Assembly (NCBI GenBank): GCA_050916045.1
Contig: CP051526.1
Coordinates: 3,648,001 to 3,712,000, forward strand
DNA from: Tepidisphaera sp.
GTDB taxonomy: Bacteria > Planctomycetota > Phycisphaerae > Phycisphaerales > UBA1924
Direction of reading: 5' to 3'
Length of the DNA stretch: 64,000 nucleotides
Shown: one piece after another, positions 60,345 to 64,000 of the stretch
Layout of the letters: every line of letters starts with the position of its first letter
Position numbering within the stretch: position 1 is the stretch's first letter
Translations under genes and position numbers: made by a program
Notes under the pieces: model-generated
What the model saw: only the letters and a program-made list of their open reading frames with translations
Told to the model about the DNA's origin: nothing
Databases searched by the model: none

Positions 60345-60872
60345 TCAGGGCTGGCTGGCCAGAGCTGCGGGAACGACCGCCCGGAGGCGTGCGGCCATGG
60401 CCGGGAGCGAGGCGGGGATCACCCGGACCTGCCCCACCGCTTCCATGAAGTTCACATCGCCCGACCATCGCGGGACGAGGTGGACGTGCAGGTGCTGGGG
60501 GACGCCGGCGCCGGCGGCGCGACCCTGGTTGATGCCGATGTTGATGCCTTGGGGTGACAGCGCGCGCTCGAGGATGTCGGCTGCGAGGTCGACGAGCGAC
60601 CAGAGCGCCGCCCGCTGGAGCGGGGCGTAGTCCAGGAGGCGGGGGCGCGGCTCGCCGAGGGCGACGAGCAGATGACCACCGGTGTACGGGAACTTGTTGA
60701 GGAGGATCAGGCCCTGCTCGCCGCGATGAACGACGTTGTTGCGTTCGTCGAGCTGGGGCGCGAGCCAGTCGTCGAGCAGGAAGGATCCGCTTCCGGCCTG
60801 CTTGGGCGGGGCGGCGTCGACCTTCTCCACGTACTCCTGCCGCCAGGGCGCGAAGAGCGCTTCGGGGCCCAT
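60345..60872 (-). CDS. HIT family protein (Ap4A phosphorylase-like)
   Basis: LFAPWR, LNKFPYTGGHLL, GINIGINQGRAAGAG, HLHVHLVPRW..DVNFM. Confidence 0.92.
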   Translation of the reverse strand: MGPEALFAPWRQEYVEKVDAAPPKQAGSGSFLLDDWLAPQLDERNNVVHRGEQGLILLNKFPYTGGHLLVALGEPRPRLLDYAPLQRAALWSLVDLAADILERALSPQGINIGINQGRAAGAGVPQHLHVHLVPRWSGDVNFMEAVGQVRVIPASLPAMAARLRAVVPAALASQP

Positions 60873-60963
60873 GGAGTGTTCCTCGGGTGGGCTATGCATG
60901 AAGTAGAATAGCGGCGTGCACGGGCGGGCTGCTCCGCCGGCGGATGGCGTGGGAGGACGGCGA

Positions 60964-62505
60964 ATGGATCCAAAGCGACTGCGAGCGACGTTCGAAGCCC
61001 GGCACTCGTGCGTCCGCATTGTGACGCAGGAGGAAGCCGAGATCGTGGATGTGGCTTTGGAAGCCGCGAGGCAGATGAGGCTGGACGCGATCGTGTGGTC
61101 GGTGACCGAGGGCGTGCACCGGCGGTCGCTCCTGCGGGAGGAATCGGCGCCGAGCACGAGCAATCCGGCGCAGGGCCTGCGGTGGCTTGCGCAGAACATC
61201 AAGGTCCCGACAATGATCATCGTGCTGGACGCGGCGGACCAGCTTCAGGACACGGTCAACCTCCGGGCGTTTCGGGACCTGATGGAGGGCGTGCGAGCGG
61301 GGTCGATCGGTGCGGGGATGGTGCAGGGGCCTGCGGGTGGCGAAGGGCAGATGCTCCGGTCGGTGATCCTGATGATCGATCACAACGACCGCGTGCCTCC
61401 GGTGATCGGTGCGGCGAGCGCGCGGTACGAGATCCAGCCGCCGGATGACGCGGAAATCGGCGACATCGTCAAGCGGACGCTTCAGTCGGTGAACCGCGCC
61501 CGGTCGGTGAAGAACGAGATCACGCAGGAGAGCAAGTTTCGTGACGCGCTGGTGGCCAATCTTCGCGGGCTCACGCGCCGGCAGGTTCGTCAGATCGTGG
61601 CGGAGATCGCTTCGGACGGGCGGCTGACGGACTGCGACCTCGATCAGGTGCAGCGGAGCAAGCGGGCGCTGCTCGAGAGCGCGGGGGTGCTGGAGTTCAT
61701 CGAAGCCCCGACGACGCTTGACGACATCGGCGGGCTTTCGCGTCTGAAGGACTGGCTCAGCGCACGGGCGCGAAGCTTTGAGAAGAGCGCGGAGTCTTTC
61801 GGGCTCCTTCCGCCGCGCGGGGTGCTTTTGCTGGGGGTGCAGGGCGCGGGGAAGAGTCTGGCGGCCAAAGCGATCGCGACGGCGTGGCGGAGGCCGCTGA
61901 TGAGGCTTGACGCGGGGTCGCTTTTCAACAAGTACATCGGCGAGACGGAGCGGAACCTGCGGGACGCACTCGCGCAGGCGGAAGCGATGAGCCCGGTGAT
62001 CCTGTGGATCGACGAGATCGAGAAGGGTTTCTCGTCGATGGGAAGCGGGGAGGACGGGGGCGTCTCGCGGCGCATGTTCGGCACGCTTCTCACGTGGATG
62101 CAGGAGCACAAGACGCCGGTGTTTCTGGTGGCGACGGCCAACGACATCGAGCAGCTTCCGCCCGAGCTGATGCGCAAGGGCCGGTTTGATGAGATCTTTT
62201 TCGCCGACCTGCCGACCGCGCAGGTGCGCGAGACGATCTTCCGGATCCACCTCCGAAAGCGCAAGCAGGACCCCGGCCAGTTCGACCTTGCCGCGCTCGC
62301 GGAAGCCGCCGACGGGTTCAGCGGCGCGGAGATCGAGCAAGCCGTCCTCAGCGCACTGCACCGGGCGTACAGCGCCGGGCGATCGCTGACCCAGGCGGAC
62401 GTTGTGGAAGCCGTGCGCGGATCCCCGCCGCTTTCGGTGACGCGTCAGGAGGCAATCGAGGAGCTTCGCGCGTGGGCCAGGGGTCGGTGCGTGCCGGCGG
62501 ACTGA
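60964..62505 (+). CDS. Ycf46-like AAA+ ATPase
   Basis: DIGGL..LKDWL, Walker A GVQGAGKS, Walker B LWIDEIEK, ATAN..LPPELMRKGRFDEIFF; GGAGG RBS. Confidence 0.9.
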   Translation: MDPKRLRATFEARHSCVRIVTQEEAEIVDVALEAARQMRLDAIVWSVTEGVHRRSLLREESAPSTSNPAQGLRWLAQNIKVPTMIIVLDAADQLQDTVNLRAFRDLMEGVRAGSIGAGMVQGPAGGEGQMLRSVILMIDHNDRVPPVIGAASARYEIQPPDDAEIGDIVKRTLQSVNRARSVKNEITQESKFRDALVANLRGLTRRQVRQIVAEIASDGRLTDCDLDQVQRSKRALLESAGVLEFIEAPTTLDDIGGLSRLKDWLSARARSFEKSAESFGLLPPRGVLLLGVQGAGKSLAAKAIATAWRRPLMRLDAGSLFNKYIGETERNLRDALAQAEAMSPVILWIDEIEKGFSSMGSGEDGGVSRRMFGTLLTWMQEHKTPVFLVATANDIEQLPPELMRKGRFDEIFFADLPTAQVRETIFRIHLRKRKQDPGQFDLAALAEAADGFSGAEIEQAVLSALHRAYSAGRSLTQADVVEAVRGSPPLSVTRQEAIEELRAWARGRCVPAD

Positions 62506-62568
62506 CGGAGCAACCGCGGGCTTGGTTTTGGTGTAAACTACGCTCCCATCAACCCTTGAGGAGTTCGC

Positions 62569-64000
62569 ATGTTCCAGTCGATCACCGTGGCTTCCGCTCC
62601 CTCCGCCAAGACCAAACCCCAGGTGCTCGCGATCGGGTACTTCAAGGGCGAGGGACTGGACGCCAAAGCCGCGAAGAAAGACGCGGGCGGGACGCTCGCC
62701 GCGGCACTGAAGCGTTCGGAAGCCACCGGCGATGTCGGCTCGATCGTCGAAGCGTTCCCCGGCGGTGAATACGAACGCGTCTTCCTCGTCGGCCTGGGCG
62801 ACAAAGCCAAGTTCGAAGCCGCTTCGTTCCGGTCCGTCGCCGCGGCGATCGGCCGCAAGATGGTCGCGGTGAAAGCGACCGCTTTCCACGCGGATTTCGC
62901 CTCCGCCATCGCGGCCAACAAGCTCAACGGGAAAGCCTGCGGGCAGGCTTTCGGCGAGGGGCTCGGCCTGCTCGGCTGGGTCTGCGACCAGTTCAAAGGC
63001 ACCGGCAGCAAAGCGGAAGATCGCGACCGCAAGCCGCTCTCCGCGACGGTCGAGGGCGCGACGTTCCTCTCCGGCGTTGAGCACGGCTTGGCCATTGCCG
63101 TCTCGACCAACCTCTGCCGCACGCTGAGCCAGACGCCGCCGAACGTCGCGACCACGGGCTTCATCGCAGAGCAGGCGAAGAAAGTCGCGAAGGATGGCGG
63201 CCTTGCGATCAAGATCTGGGAGGGCGACGCTCTCGAGAAGGAACGCTTCACCGGCCTGATCAACGTCGGCAAAGCCAGCGAGAACAAGCCCTGCCTCATC
63301 CGCCTCGAGTACAACCCCTTCGGCAAGAACGCGCCGGCAGGCAAGAAGGGACAGCCCGTCGTCCTCGTCGGCAAGACGATGACCTACGACACCGGCGGCC
63401 TCTCGCTCAAGATCAACAACGGCATGGTGGGCATGAAGCGTGACAAGGACGGCGGGTGCGCGGTCCTGGGCGCGATGCACGCCATCGCGACGGTCATCAA
63501 GCCCAAGCGGCGCGTCGTCGCTTTCCTCGCCGTCGCCGAGAACTCGATCTCCGACGAAGCCTACCGCCCCGATGACGTCATCACCTACCGCAACGGCGTG
63601 ACGGTCGAGGTCACGAACACCGACGCCGAGGGCCGACTCGTGCTTGCGGATGCGCTCTGCTGGGCGTGCGAAAAGGAAGACCCGGCGTGCATCGTCGACC
63701 TCGCGACGCTCACCGGCGGCGTCGTGGTCGCGCTGGGCTCCACCTACTGCGGCATGTTCTGCGAGGATGACGGCCTGCGCGGCAAGATCGAAGCCGCCAG
63801 CGCCGCCAGCGGCGAGCGCGTCTGGCGCCTCCCGATGCACAGCGAATACCGCGACATGATGAAGAGCCCGATCGCGGACATCCTCAACAGCAACCCCAAT
63901 CGCAAAGCTCACCCGATCCAGGGCGCGGCTTTCCTCTCGTACTTCGTGAAGGACGAGATCCCGTGGTGCCACCTCGACATCGCGGGCGTGCACGTCGCGG
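62569..64000 (+). CDS. pepA: Leucyl aminopeptidase (M17), truncated by the window end
   Basis: GAGGAG RBS, ATG 62569; VGKTMTYDTGGLSLK, MKRD, VEVTNTDAEGRLVLADAL, VDLATLTG, WCHLDIAG. Not in the ORF track because no stop is reached. Confidence 0.93.
   Translation, partial: MFQSITVASAPSAKTKPQVLAIGYFKGEGLDAKAAKKDAGGTLAAALKRSEATGDVGSIVEAFPGGEYERVFLVGLGDKAKFEAASFRSVAAAIGRKMVAVKATAFHADFASAIAANKLNGKACGQAFGEGLGLLGWVCDQFKGTGSKAEDRDRKPLSATVEGATFLSGVEHGLAIAVSTNLCRTLSQTPPNVATTGFIAEQAKKVAKDGGLAIKIWEGDALEKERFTGLINVGKASENKPCLIRLEYNPFGKNAPAGKKGQPVVLVGKTMTYDTGGLSLKINNGMVGMKRDKDGGCAVLGAMHAIATVIKPKRRVVAFLAVAENSISDEAYRPDDVITYRNGVTVEVTNTDAEGRLVLADALCWACEKEDPACIVDLATLTGGVVVALGSTYCGMFCEDDGLRGKIEAASAASGERVWRLPMHSEYRDMMKSPIADILNSNPNRKAHPIQGAAFLSYFVKDEIPWCHLDIAGVHVA

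Noticed and set aside
60345..62505. HIT + AAA ATPase as an anti-phage system
   Set aside because: Divergent orientation, both look like common housekeeping families, no effector gene or compositional anomaly.

Overview
High-GC bacterial chromosome segment, most likely from Planctomycetota, order Phycisphaerales. This is an inference from eight proteins ending in a duplicated DFNxDGFxDFFDYDxFV..GC (GC-type dockerin-like) module, a prepilin-type N-terminal cleavage protein, a TPR + tandem RNAP alpha-CTD protein, CxxCGYxLxG..CPECG membrane proteins and a 23S-5S rRNA unit with no linked 16S. Recognisable housekeeping genes are aroC, trpE, phhA, manC, pilM, an FKBP, a MATE exporter, an M16 subunit, a HIT protein, a Ycf46-like AAA ATPase and pepA (runs off the window end). 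No CRISPR array, tRNA, transposase, integrase or phage gene was recognised. The most interesting observations are: (1) a 22-aa Lys/Ala micropeptide missing from the ORF track, followed by about 380 nt of back-to-back hairpins (candidate peptide + structured RNA unit); (2) two paralogous secreted proteins with different C-terminal anchors (PEP-CTERM-like vs dockerin-like) flanking a phytase and a prepilin-like gene; (3) a lipoprotein with GH56 hyaluronidase-like motifs; (4) a secreted protein with an embedded pilin-type LLLPAVQK motif; (5) three divergent zinc-ribbon paralogues, two sharing a 91-bp near-identical 3' end that contains an arm of a 25-bp-inverted-repeat element; (6) a 19 x 21-bp array open in all six frames. 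All family calls come from motif recognition by eye, not from database searches.
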